Origin: an uncultured Bacilli bacterium | GTDB taxonomy: Bacteria > Bacillota_I > Bacilli_A > RF39 > UBA660 | Length of the DNA stretch: 42,069 bases | Direction: 5' to 3' | Assembly (NCBI GenBank): GCA_944332005.1 | Contig: CALVJD010000039.1 | Coordinates: forward strand, 1 to 42,069 | Shown: piece by piece, positions 10,608 to 20,259 of the stretch | Position numbering within the stretch: the first letter of the stretch is position 1 | Layout of the letters: every line of letters starts with the position of its first letter | Notes under the pieces: generated by a model | Seen by the model: only the letters and a program-made list of their open reading frames with translations | What the model was told of the DNA's origin: nothing | Database searches by the model: none | Made by a program: the position numbers and the translations under genes

Positions 10608-10636
10608 ATTTTAACACGTTTTCATTTTGAATACAA
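10608..10636 (-). promoter_or_regulatory. sigma-A-like promoter of the large prepilin-like gene
   Basis: TTGTAT-17 nt-TAAAAT with TG extension. Confidence 0.55.
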
Positions 10637-10655
10637 GATCAAACAAAAAAAGCAC

Positions 10656-11375
10656 CTAATCGTGCTTTATAATAAACAAAAAACGATCTTTCCCATGTAA
10701 ATCTTGTTCTACTTGAATATCAGCATAGGGAAAAAGAGCTTTTGCCAGTTGTCGTAAAGACTCCCCTTGTTGATAACCAATTTCAAATGCTAATATAAAA
10801 TGTTGGTTCAAATAATTTTTCACGTGAGTTAATATCTGCTCATAATAATAAAGTCCTTGGTGAGGAGCAAACAAGGCTTGGTGTGGCTCGTTGTAATATA
10901 CGATATCCATAATTTTTTCTTCTTTACTAATATAGGGTGGATTACTAATAATAAGATCAAATTTACCAGTCAAAGGCTTTAACATATCCCCTTCTAAAAA
11001 CGTAATTGCGACTTGGTTTAAACGGGCATTTTGACGTGCGACATCTAAAGCTTCCTTTGAAATATCCACCGCAACGATATCTGCAGAAGGCAATTCTTTT
11101 TTTAACGTAATCGCAATACAACCACTCCCCGTTCCGAGGTCCGCAATGCGAATCGATTCTCCTAAATATTGTTTCACATAACGAATCGTTCGATCCACTA
11201 ATTCTTCGGTTTCAAAACGAGGAATTAAAACACTACGATTCACTTTGATCGGATAACCATAAAAATTAACATCCCCAACAATATATTGAACAGGAAGTCC
11301 TTGTTCTAACTGTTTCATTCCCTCTTCTAACCGAGAGGGATCTAAATACTTTTTTAAATATTCGATATCTGTCAT
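10656..11375 (-). CDS. prmC: Release factor glutamine methyltransferase
   Basis: PVQYI, VLIPRFETEEL, DLGTGSG, SNPPY; TAATG overlap with prfA. Confidence 0.96.
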   Translation of the reverse strand: MTDIEYLKKYLDPSRLEEGMKQLEQGLPVQYIVGDVNFYGYPIKVNRSVLIPRFETEELVDRTIRYVKQYLGESIRIADLGTGSGCIAITLKKELPSADIVAVDISKEALDVARQNARLNQVAITFLEGDMLKPLTGKFDLIISNPPYISKEEKIMDIVYYNEPHQALFAPHQGLYYYEQILTHVKNYLNQHFILAFEIGYQQGESLRQLAKALFPYADIQVEQDLHGKDRFLFIIKHD

Positions 11376-12430
11376 TATTCACCACGTAGCTTACGAGCTT
11401 GATCTTCCGCAATCAAAGCATCGATAATCTTACCAAGATCTCCTTCCATGACACGATCTAAGGTGTTAGTAGTAAATCCAATACGATGATCCGTAACACG
11501 ATTTTGAGGATAGTTATAAGTACGAATTTTCTCAGAACGATCTCCCGTTCCAATCTTACTACGACGTTCTTCTCCTAATTCTTTTTCACGTTCTTGTGTT
11601 TTTAAATCAAACAATCTTGTCTTTAAGATTTTAATCGCTTTTTCTTTATTTTTGATCTGTGAACGTTCCGTCTGTGAATAAACGACAATCCCCGTTGGAA
11701 TATGAGTTAGACGAACGGCACTATCCGTCGTATTGACACCTTGTCCACCACATCCACTGCTTCTCGTAATATCGACTCTCACATCATTCATATCAAGCTC
11801 AAAATCAAGTTCCTCAGCTTCTGGCATCACTAATACAGTAGCGGTCGATGTATGAACCCTTCCTTGTGTTTCCGTTGCTGGAACTCGTTGCACACGATGA
11901 GCACCACTTTCATACTTCAAGCGTGAATAAACATTCTCGCCCTTCACCATGAAGCTCACTTGTGTATATCCACCGGCTTCTCCTGACTCCGCTTCTAACT
12001 CTTCTAGTTTCCATCCTTCATTTTCCGCATATTTGGTATACATGCGATATAAATCACCGGCAAAAATATTTCCTTCATCGCCACCAGCAGCACCACGAAT
12101 TTCGACGATAACATTCTTTCCATCATTCGGATCTTTTGGAAGTAAAATAATTTCGATTTCTTTTTCAAGACGTTCTTTTTCGGTTTCTAAATCTGTAAGT
12201 TCTTCTCTGGCCATTTCTCCCAATTCCGGATCATGAACCATTTCCTTTGCTTCCTCTATTCCCGTTAAGACTTTTTTATATTCTCCATAAATTTCATATG
12301 CGTCTCGTAATGATGCTTGTTCTTTCGTAAGCTCTAATGTTTTTTTGACATTGGAAATTACTTCTGGTTTCATCAATTCTGTATTTAATTCTTCATAACG
12401 AGTTTTTATCGCTTCTAATCTCTCTATCAT
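11375..12430 (-). CDS. prfA: Peptide chain release factor 1
   Basis: GGQ motif, PAT (PxT) tripeptide, [18 protein letters not shown]. Confidence 0.98.
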   Translation of the reverse strand: MIERLEAIKTRYEELNTELMKPEVISNVKKTLELTKEQASLRDAYEIYGEYKKVLTGIEEAKEMVHDPELGEMAREELTDLETEKERLEKEIEIILLPKDPNDGKNVIVEIRGAAGGDEGNIFAGDLYRMYTKYAENEGWKLEELEAESGEAGGYTQVSFMVKGENVYSRLKYESGAHRVQRVPATETQGRVHTSTATVLVMPEAEELDFELDMNDVRVDITRSSGCGGQGVNTTDSAVRLTHIPTGIVVYSQTERSQIKNKEKAIKILKTRLFDLKTQEREKELGEERRSKIGTGDRSEKIRTYNYPQNRVTDHRIGFTTNTLDRVMEGDLGKIIDALIAEDQARKLRGE

Positions 12431-12473
12431 CCAGAACCTTCCTTTCTTTTCATTTTATCAAAACACAGTTCAA

Positions 12474-12502
12474 ATTATACTATATTTTCATAAAATACGC
12501 AA
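12474..12502 (-). promoter_or_regulatory. sigma-A promoter of prfA-prmC
   Basis: TTGCGT-17 nt-TATAAT. Confidence 0.6.
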
Positions 12503-12522
12503 CAAAATAAAAAAGAGCATTT

Positions 12523-12957
12523 CTACTCTTCTTCCTCTTCTTCATCAGAAATAATAGCCAAATCATCGATATCATCGTCATCATCAGTAAGATCATCATC
12601 TACAAGTGCAACATCGATATCTTCTTCCTCTTCCGAAGCCATTTCTTCTTCCGGTTCTTCTTCCTCTTCTTCCAATAATTCTTCATCATCATCAATGACG
12701 ATTTCAACCGAATGATGATCTCGCAAATCCCAATCACCACTATCGAGTAGGACAAAGCGTTTATCTGTTGTCAAAGAAGTATAATAGTCTCCAATTTTAG
12801 CTGCATATTCCTCTTCTGTATAACCTAATAATGCACAGATCTTTTTAAATAAAGCAGCTGTATTCATTGGCTTTTTATTTTCTTTTAATAATAAATCAGT
12901 CAAGTCAGTATAAGACAAAACTTCTAACTCTTCCCTTGTCATATTTTTTAATTTCAT
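12523..12957 (-). CDS. rpoE: RNA polymerase delta subunit
   Basis: YTSLTTDKRFVLL...WDLR motif and long acidic tail; start at ATG 12957 after GGAGG. Confidence 0.93.
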   Translation of the reverse strand: MKLKNMTREELEVLSYTDLTDLLLKENKKPMNTAALFKKICALLGYTEEEYAAKIGDYYTSLTTDKRFVLLDSGDWDLRDHHSVEIVIDDDEELLEEEEEEPEEEMASEEEEDIDVALVDDDLTDDDDDIDDLAIISDEEEEEE

Positions 12958-12976
12958 AAAATCCTCCATCATCATT

Positions 12977-14671
12977 TTACATAAAAGTTGGTATTTCAAT
13001 TCCAATCAAGTTTAACATTTCTTTTAACACTTTATTTGTTAAGTTTAATACATATAACCAATCATTTTTCATCCTCTCGTCTTCTAATCCATTAATATGA
13101 TTATTCTGATAAAACGAATTGGCAAGATCTGCTAGTGCATAAATATATTCTACTATATAATGTGGCATACGATATTGAAACGCATCACTGATGGCATGTT
13201 CTAATTCCAACAATTTCAAACGTAAATTACGATCTACTTCATTATATATATTCATTGATAGAAAGTTCGTTACAGGTTCCATACTCAATATTTTATTAAT
13301 TCGAAGATAAGTATATAACATATATGGTCCTGTCTTTCCGATCGTATTTGAAAATTTATTGATATCAAATATATAATCACGATCACGTGAGTTTTGAAGA
13401 TCAGCAAATTTCAAAATAGCATTGACAATTTTTCTTAAATCTTCTTCGCTCATATCTTTATTATCTTCTTTTTTCGAAACGAAGATTTCTTGTACTTGAT
13501 GAAATAGACCATCTAATTTTGGTGTATCGCCACTACGTGTTTTATACGGTTTACCATCCGTACCGTTGACCGTTCCATATCCTAAAAATTCTAAGTTTGC
13601 ATCACTGATGCCTGCTTTTTTCACAACACGAAACACTTGTTCAAAATGAAGACTTTGACGATTATCGACCACGTAACAAATATAATCAGGATGAAAACGT
13701 TTTTCACGTTCATAGATCGTCGCTAAATCAGTCGTCCCATATAAGTAAGCACCATTACTCTTTTGCCAAATAAGTGGTGGAACAGGATTTACGTCATCCT
13801 CTTTTGCAACGGAAACGATCTTTACTCCTTCACTATCTTCTAATAAGTGTTTTTCTTTTAAAATTTTCTCTGTAGCTTCAATATATTGATAAGCATCACT
13901 TTCTCCTTGCCAAAGATCAAATGACACATCCAAGTATCGATAAAGTCTTTTAATATCATTCCCACTGATTTCTAAAATGATTTTCCATAAATCTTGGTAT
14001 GTAGAATTCCCATCTTGAAGATCTTTGGTAATTGCTGCACACTCTTCTTTGATTTTGTCATCTTCCTTACAAAGTGCACTCATCTCAGGATAAATCTTTT
14101 CTAAATAGTCAAGCGTAATCTCGTCATTCTTTTTTCCATCTCTCAAAATACCATAGATGACCTGACCAATTTGCAAACCAAAGTCTCCTAAATGAACATC
14201 AGCAATCGTTTTATGACCTACATAATTGATAATACGTTTGATACTTTCTCCAACAATCGCCGTTCTCATATGTCCTACGTGAAGAGGCTTGGCGATATTT
14301 GGTCCCCCATAATCTAATACATAAGTATCAACATGCTCTGGTTTAGGATAACCAAATTTTTCTTCATTATTCATACGAATCAACGCACGATTAATAAAAG
14401 TTGAACTAAGTGTCAAATTAATAAATCCCGGTTTTACAAATTCGACTTTTTCAAAATAATCCTCGAAATGATCGAATTTATGCAACTCATTCACGATCGC
14501 CTCACCGATTACTATTGGTGCACAATGATAGGTTTTGGCTAACTTAAAAGCATCATCACATTGATAATCACAAAGCTCTGGACGATTAGACTTAATTACC
14601 TTTAAAGATCCTTCGTATCCTGCTCGCTTTAATGCTTCCGATAAAATCGTTTCCAATTCTTTTATCATCAT
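12977..14671 (-). CDS. argS: Arginine--tRNA ligase
   Basis: PNIAKPLHVGHMR (HIGH-like), GES, YVVDNRQSLHF, KPYKTRSG, GPYMLY. Confidence 0.97.
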   Translation of the reverse strand: MMIKELETILSEALKRAGYEGSLKVIKSNRPELCDYQCDDAFKLAKTYHCAPIVIGEAIVNELHKFDHFEDYFEKVEFVKPGFINLTLSSTFINRALIRMNNEEKFGYPKPEHVDTYVLDYGGPNIAKPLHVGHMRTAIVGESIKRIINYVGHKTIADVHLGDFGLQIGQVIYGILRDGKKNDEITLDYLEKIYPEMSALCKEDDKIKEECAAITKDLQDGNSTYQDLWKIILEISGNDIKRLYRYLDVSFDLWQGESDAYQYIEATEKILKEKHLLEDSEGVKIVSVAKEDDVNPVPPLIWQKSNGAYLYGTTDLATIYEREKRFHPDYICYVVDNRQSLHFEQVFRVVKKAGISDANLEFLGYGTVNGTDGKPYKTRSGDTPKLDGLFHQVQEIFVSKKEDNKDMSEEDLRKIVNAILKFADLQNSRDRDYIFDINKFSNTIGKTGPYMLYTYLRINKILSMEPVTNFLSMNIYNEVDRNLRLKLLELEHAISDAFQYRMPHYIVEYIYALADLANSFYQNNHINGLEDERMKNDWLYVLNLTNKVLKEMLNLIGIEIPTFM

Positions 14672-15048
14672 TCTTTCACCTCATACTCTAAACGATAAAG
14701 ATAATCCCCCATATCGACATCACTAATTTTAAGTCTATATGAGATCTCGATCTTATGATTGTTCCATTCTAACATGTTTGTATTGATTTGTAAATGCATC
14801 TTTTGACTCATCGCGAAGATTTTATAATATCCCTCTGTTTCGCCGTGTAAATCAAAGGAAAAATATAATTCATATTCATCGGTTCGTCGTAGGATAGAAA
14901 CGACCGTTTGATCACACTTTAAAGTCGTCATAACATTGTTTTCATGGTAGACGATTTTTCCTTCGTCGATTAGACCAAAACCTTCATGAATAATAGGCAT
15001 CTCTTCTTCTTCGTTTTTTAAAGATGTTTTTAAGGAAATTTTTGCCAT
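14668..15048 (-). CDS. DUF1934 / YwiB-like beta-barrel protein
   Basis: All-beta pattern; overlaps the argS start (ATGA), as ywiB-argS are adjacent in Bacilli. Confidence 0.7.
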   Translation of the reverse strand: MAKISLKTSLKNEEEEMPIIHEGFGLIDEGKIVYHENNVMTTLKCDQTVVSILRRTDEYELYFSFDLHGETEGYYKIFAMSQKMHLQINTNMLEWNNHKIEISYRLKISDVDMGDYLYRLEYEVKE

Positions 15049-15156
15049 GAAAACACCTCTTTCTTTTTTTCTATGACATTATAGCATAACTTTTCTGTTT
15101 TTGCACTCATATTTTTAATTTTTTTTCTAATACTAAAATTAGATTGGAGTGAAAGT

Positions 15157-17115
15157 GTGAAAATAGTCAAAAGAATTTTAAAAATCATGTTGTTTTTCTT
15201 CGTTCTGGGAATCATCTTTTACGTTGGTATTTATACCTACGCCAAATTTACACCAAAGCTCGATATCAACTCTGCTAATAGTTTTTATTTATATGACAAA
15301 GATGGTAATTTATACACTGCTAATAGTAGTAAAGAATGGATTTCTTTAGAAGACATCTCTCCTTATCTAATTGATGCGACGATTTCGATCGAAGATAAAC
15401 ATTTTTTTAGTCACCAAGGATTCGACTTCCTACGCATCATCAAAAGTCTATATGTCAACTTGAAAAGTGGAAAGCGATTACAAGGAGCTTCCACCATTTC
15501 TCAACAATATGCCAAAAATCTTTTTCTTGATTTTGATAAGACGTGGAGTCGTAAACTAGAAGAAGCCTGGCTTACCATACGATTGGAATCCCACTACAGT
15601 AAAGAAGAAATCTTAGAAGGATATTTAAATACCATCAATTATGGAGGAATCTTCGGAATCGAAAACGCTAGTTGGTATTATTTTGGTAAAAGTGCCTCAG
15701 ATCTTGATCTTGCGGAAGCGACCTCCCTAGCCGGCATTCCTAAGTCTCCTTCCACTTATTCGCCAATTGCCAATCCCGAAGCTAACAAACAAAGACAAAC
15801 ATTAATTCTAAATTCCATGGTCAAGAATAAAATGATAACGGAGGAAGAAAAAGAACAGGCACTTGCTCAAGAATTAACCTTTACTGGTGAAAAAAGGCAA
15901 AGTACCCTAGCAACTCTCATGTATTATCAAGACGCCGTCATCAAAGAACTACAAGAAATCAAAACAATCCCCTCTTCTTTTTTAAAAACCGGTGGACTCA
16001 AAATATATACCAACTTGGATATGAATGCCCAAACAATATTAGAAGAAAGTGTCCATAAAAATTTAAATGAAATAGAAGAAATCGAGGCTGCTGGTATCAT
16101 CATGGATCCAAATAATGGTAAAGTTCTTGCTTTAATGGGAGGAAGAGACTATTCAAAAAGTCAGTTCAATCGAGCACTCGATGCCAAAAGACAAGTTGGA
16201 TCGACGATGAAGCCATTTCTCTATTATGCAGCTTTAGAAAATGGATTTACTCCCTCTACCACCTTCACAAGTGAAAAAACCACTTTTACATTTGCAGAAG
16301 ATAAAACATATAGTCCTGGCAACTATGATGATAACTACCCTAATAAACCAATTAGTATGGCTGCCGCACTTTCTTATTCCGATAATATCTACGCTGTCAA
16401 AGCACATCTTTTTTTAGGAGAAGACACATTAGTAGATATGGCAAAACGTGTCGGTATCACTACTAAATTAGAAGCAATACCATCTCTTGCCCTGGGAAGT
16501 GAAGAAATTTCGTTAATCGATATGATGCATGGATACGCTACCCTAGCAAATGAAGGATATAAAATAAAACCATACTTTATCACGAAAGTAGAAGATATCG
16601 ATGGAAATGTTTTATACGAAGCCAAAGAAAGCAAAGAAAACGTTCTCAATAAAAGCGTCATCTACGTATTAAATGAAATGATGACCAATTGTTATGCCCC
16701 GGAATTTATCGACTACAATTATCCAACTTGCATGACGATTGCCCCAAGTCTCACGAATAAATATGCCATCAAGTCTGGAACAACTGACACCGATCATTGG
16801 ATTTTTGGATACAACCAAGATATTTTGATTGGCATGTGGGCCGGTTATGACGATAATCGAGAAAGTGCTGTTTCTAATGGTACCAAAGTAAAACAAATGT
16901 GGGCCGATACGATCGAAGGATATTTTAAAGATAAAGAAGCACATTGGTATGAAACACCAAAAAATGTGGTCGGTGTCCTAATCGATCCTATCAGCGGAAA
17001 AGTAGCAACTAACGAGACAGAAAAGAAAAAGATGTTATATTATATAAAAGGTACGGAACCATATACCGATACTCCCGATTTAGATGCCTCTATCCCAACA
17101 ATCAAGCAAGAATAG
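15157..17115 (+). CDS. Class A penicillin-binding protein (PbpG/YwhE-like)
   Basis: Transglycosylase motifs EDKHF, GASTISQQ, RKLEE; transpeptidase motifs STMK, SDN, KSG; divergent from ywiB-argS. Confidence 0.92.
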   Translation: MKIVKRILKIMLFFFVLGIIFYVGIYTYAKFTPKLDINSANSFYLYDKDGNLYTANSSKEWISLEDISPYLIDATISIEDKHFFSHQGFDFLRIIKSLYVNLKSGKRLQGASTISQQYAKNLFLDFDKTWSRKLEEAWLTIRLESHYSKEEILEGYLNTINYGGIFGIENASWYYFGKSASDLDLAEATSLAGIPKSPSTYSPIANPEANKQRQTLILNSMVKNKMITEEEKEQALAQELTFTGEKRQSTLATLMYYQDAVIKELQEIKTIPSSFLKTGGLKIYTNLDMNAQTILEESVHKNLNEIEEIEAAGIIMDPNNGKVLALMGGRDYSKSQFNRALDAKRQVGSTMKPFLYYAALENGFTPSTTFTSEKTTFTFAEDKTYSPGNYDDNYPNKPISMAAALSYSDNIYAVKAHLFLGEDTLVDMAKRVGITTKLEAIPSLALGSEEISLIDMMHGYATLANEGYKIKPYFITKVEDIDGNVLYEAKESKENVLNKSVIYVLNEMMTNCYAPEFIDYNYPTCMTIAPSLTNKYAIKSGTTDTDHWIFGYNQDILIGMWAGYDDNRESAVSNGTKVKQMWADTIEGYFKDKEAHWYETPKNVVGVLIDPISGKVATNETEKKKMLYYIKGTEPYTDTPDLDASIPTIKQE

Positions 17116-17116
17116 A

Positions 17117-17144
17117 TTGACAAGATAAAATGGTTTGGTATAAT
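17117..17144 (+). promoter_or_regulatory. Consensus sigma-A promoter of the 95-aa orphan
   Basis: TTGACA-16 nt-TATAAT with TG extension. Confidence 0.75.
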
Positions 17145-17167
17145 AATTACGTCAGGGGGAAGAAAAA

Positions 17168-17455
17168 ATGAATCTTCAAGAAAAAATTAAACAATTAAAT
17201 TATTTAAAACAATATTTAGGTGATCATGTTATGGTAACTTATTATAATTATGGGCATGAAATTTCTTATTCTGGTATATTAGGAACGATCGATCCAGATA
17301 ATATTGAATCGATTCAATTAGGAAAAAAACATCCACAAGATACCGGTATAGGCCTTCCAATTCGCATTGAAAAAAGAGGCATTCCAGTGCTAGAATTAAA
17401 AAGAATTATACGTACAAATGATCAAAAACAAATTTATCCAAATAAAAACAAATAA
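17168..17455 (+). CDS. Hypothetical protein (95 aa)
   Basis: Own promoter, AGGGGG RBS and downstream hairpin; no family recognised. Confidence 0.75.
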   Translation: MNLQEKIKQLNYLKQYLGDHVMVTYYNYGHEISYSGILGTIDPDNIESIQLGKKHPQDTGIGLPIRIEKRGIPVLELKRIIRTNDQKQIYPNKNK

Positions 17456-17478
17456 GGCTTTCTTATTTGCTTTTTATA
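17442..17478. terminator. Bidirectional terminator between convergent genes
   Basis: CAAATAAG / CTTATTTG stem flanked by A and T tracts. Confidence 0.6.
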
Positions 17479-17486
17479 CTTTTATT

Positions 17487-17924
17487 TTACAAAAAAGTTT
17501 TTAATGAATCTACTGCATCTTCTTGCATATCCACATACTCTTGTACTAATTGTTTGATGTTCTCATCAGTCTGTTTATGATTCAACAACTTTCTACCTTC
17601 GATAATTCCCATATTCGTCCCCTGCAACAACAATTCTGCAATCTTCGATGTACTTTTATCTGTAAAAGTTTTCATCTCAATCCCATACCAAGTCATCACT
17701 TTATTCATAGTACTCGTTTCATGGGGTGACCCTTCTGTATATTCAGGATAAAGTTTATGAATCTTCTGAGAAATCTCTCGATATTTCTCATATTGTGTCG
17801 TAAGTTCTTTTCGAAGTGCTTCATCCTCTACTTTTTCTAAAACAAAATGAATGGCATCTTGTCCCATACAAGCCCCTTTATTTAGTTCATCTAAAACATT
17901 CACTTCATTTTTCTCTTCTTTCAT
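17487..17924 (-). CDS. Helical-bundle (ferritin-like) conserved protein, probably sporulation-associated
   Basis: LNKGACMG...SKIAELLLQGTNMGI helical pattern; start at ATG 17924 after AGGAGG; sigma-G-like promoter. Confidence 0.65.
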   Translation of the reverse strand: MKEEKNEVNVLDELNKGACMGQDAIHFVLEKVEDEALRKELTTQYEKYREISQKIHKLYPEYTEGSPHETSTMNKVMTWYGIEMKTFTDKSTSKIAELLLQGTNMGIIEGRKLLNHKQTDENIKQLVQEYVDMQEDAVDSLKTFL

Positions 17925-17941
17925 ATCATTTCCTCCTACTA

Positions 17942-17971
17942 TATAGTGGATCATTTTGAAAAAATTTATAC
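17942..17971 (-). promoter_or_regulatory. sigma-G/F-type forespore promoter
   Basis: GTATA-18 nt-CACTATA just upstream of the RBS. Confidence 0.6.
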
Positions 17972-18000
17972 ACCCAATAACCGGATCAAAGCATCAAAAA

Positions 18001-18035
18001 AAGCAACACATTTCATTCCCTATAATGTGTTGCTT
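18001..18035 (-). terminator. Terminator closing the accessory island
   Basis: AAGCAACACATT / AATGTGTTGCTT 12-bp inverted repeat followed by a T run on the minus strand. Confidence 0.7.
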
Positions 18036-18045
18036 ATCAAAGTAA

Positions 18046-18426
18046 TTATTTTAATATGAGTCTTTTGTGTACACTCTTTACAAGCATATCTTCATTAGTA
18101 TGAATATAACTTTCATTTATAAATGTCAAAAGTTGTTGCAATTCTTCCAATGATAGATTGTTTAAAGTTTCTAATGCCAAGTCGTATCCGTTACCTTTCC
18201 AAGAACGATTAATACTTTTTGGATCATCTTTATCTCTTGCTTTTCTGTCTGTTTTTCCATTTATAAAATCTTGCATATTAGCATAGTGTTCGTGCCCATG
18301 ACCAGCTTTAATATCATCAGGTTTTGTGTAAGGATATCTGTTTACACTTCCATTATCATCAACTTCAGTTTTAGCAACGACCTCACCGGTATCTTGGTCA
18401 GCACTGAACCATCCCCACTTTCCCAT
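18046..18426 (-). CDS. Hypothetical protein with HGHEH motif (126 aa)
   Basis: GAGGTG RBS inside the upstream gene; TAATG translational coupling at 18426. Confidence 0.75.
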   Translation of the reverse strand: MGKWGWFSADQDTGEVVAKTEVDDNGSVNRYPYTKPDDIKAGHGHEHYANMQDFINGKTDRKARDKDDPKSINRSWKGNGYDLALETLNNLSLEELQQLLTFINESYIHTNEDMLVKSVHKRLILK

Positions 18427-19055
18427 TATTTCACCTCCTCTGTTTCTATATAATCAACAACTTTACCCGTTTTATTATTAATGATTTCGATTCGATAAAA
18501 ATCAGGAAGAAATCCTTTATATGCTTTCAAAGCCAATTCTAAAACTTCGTGAGTAGATAATTTATCCTCATTTAAAGAATCATATTCATCCCAATCCAGT
18601 AAGCCATCAAAATCACTATATAATTGTGTAGGTTTTTTAGTTGCCATCCCACTTGTTTTTGTAGTTCCGTCTTTGTAATAATACTTGAATTGATATATAC
18701 AATCATCATAACTTTGATCAACTATCGCACTTATTACATCACCACTATTTGCATCATAAACCAAATGTCCTTTTTTTCCATCGACGAGTGCTTCACTATT
18801 GTCCACATAACCCAAGACTTCGTTTGTTTCATCATCCAAGATATCAATACGATAAAGATCATGGAATTTTTTATCGTATTCTTGAATTGCAAGTTTTAGA
18901 TAGTTACCAAAATCTTTTTTTTCATCTGCAGTTGTTTGAAAGTGTTCATTTTTGGTTAGCGCTTGCATTTCCTCATCAAATTCAGAAATATCACTATAAC
19001 TTTGTTCACTCAATAAAACTTTTCCATTTTTGTAGTAATACTTGAAACGATACAC
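18426..19055 (-). CDS. Hypothetical two-domain protein, copy A (209 aa)
   Basis: GTG start after AAGGA; internal duplication YxFKYYYxxG...DxYRIxI; paralog at 20260-20889. Confidence 0.85.
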   Translation of the reverse strand: MYRFKYYYKNGKVLLSEQSYSDISEFDEEMQALTKNEHFQTTADEKKDFGNYLKLAIQEYDKKFHDLYRIDILDDETNEVLGYVDNSEALVDGKKGHLVYDANSGDVISAIVDQSYDDCIYQFKYYYKDGTTKTSGMATKKPTQLYSDFDGLLDWDEYDSLNEDKLSTHEVLELALKAYKGFLPDFYRIEIINNKTGKVVDYIETEEVK

Positions 19056-19096
19056 AATATCATCCTTTCTTACTTTGATTATAAATAAATTTTATA

Positions 19097-19996
19097 TTAT
19101 AGTAAAGTATTCAACCGAGTTTTTATTAATTTTTTATCTTGGCAATTATCAATCGTTACATTTGTTTCCTGTAATAAATCTTCAACTTGTATGCTTCCTA
19201 ATAAAATCTCTTTGATTGCTAAAATAATATTTTTTCTATTATTTTTACTTTCGCACAAATATCTATCAAACAATTTTTCAGCTTCTAAAATAGATACAAT
19301 TCCCATTGATAATTTCACTTTATCATATAAAGATAAATTCGTGTCTTTATAACTATTGATAGCTTTCGCTAATCTTATCAATCGTAACTTTTCATTAACT
19401 TTGAATGTTTCATAATTATCATTTGTATATAGAGCTGTCAATTTATCAAAAAATATTGGTAATACTTCGCTGTGAATATAACTTTTTACCCCATTATTCA
19501 TTTCTAACTGTGAATGCACAATCTCGTGAGCATATATCCCTGGGGTTAATGTAGAAAATTTATTCGTTATAACAAATTCAGTAAATATAATTTTTTCAAA
19601 TTCTTCATTATTCCCTAAATACATAGGGTTACAATATCCACCTTCAATTCCTAACATATCATCAAATAATATTGGAATATCAAATGGGTTAACAGTAATC
19701 AAATGTTGATCAATTAAATCGATAAACTCATTTAAATTCAACGATTTATTTTTACTAATCACGATGAGTTTTTGTAATACACGGTAAGATATAAATGGTA
19801 TGGGAGTTAAATTAAAAGAATGATCTAAAAAAGGAAGTTTGCCTCTATACAGTAATTCATCAACATTTGTAATAGATAATTCGGATATTTTAGGTTGTTC
19901 CAAATTTTGTAACATGTTTGCTATCTCTAACAAATCAGAAGTTAAAGATATCGGCAGAATTTCATAGTAAGTTTTGCTTTTCAAACTTTTTTTCAT
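19097..19996 (-). CDS. Putative zinc metallopeptidase-like protein (HExxH...E)
   Basis: IYAHEIVHSQ followed by HSEVLPIFF, a gluzincin-like third ligand; visibly AT-rich; GGAG RBS. Confidence 0.65.
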   Translation of the reverse strand: MKKSLKSKTYYEILPISLTSDLLEIANMLQNLEQPKISELSITNVDELLYRGKLPFLDHSFNLTPIPFISYRVLQKLIVISKNKSLNLNEFIDLIDQHLITVNPFDIPILFDDMLGIEGGYCNPMYLGNNEEFEKIIFTEFVITNKFSTLTPGIYAHEIVHSQLEMNNGVKSYIHSEVLPIFFDKLTALYTNDNYETFKVNEKLRLIRLAKAINSYKDTNLSLYDKVKLSMGIVSILEAEKLFDRYLCESKNNRKNIILAIKEILLGSIQVEDLLQETNVTIDNCQDKKLIKTRLNTLL

Positions 19997-20259
19997 AGCA
20001 TTATTCTCCCATTAATTAAATATATTGTTTTATATACTATCATTATAGGTCAAATATTTCAAGCTTTTTAACACTATTCTAAAATAAAGTTGAAAGTGGA
20101 TATAAAATTTTAAAGAAATTAAAAAATTTAGTGTGCAGTAAAAATCATTGCCATTTTTGTAATGATCGATTATTTAAAATTTATAAAAAAAGTGAATACT
20201 TTGATGTAAACTCCATTTAGGAGAGATAAATAAAAAAGTAAAAATCAATTATTTTTTTA

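Noticed and set aside
9002-10614. Alternative-frame and antisense ORFs over the pilin-like gene
   Set aside because: Explained by the host gene's composition; no independent support.
12523-12700. Trinucleotide-like tct/tca repeats
   Set aside because: They encode the normal acidic tail of RpoE.
19997-20259. Long AT-rich intergenic region as ncRNA, CRISPR leader or origin
   Set aside because: No repeats, stable structure or DnaA-box cluster that I could see.
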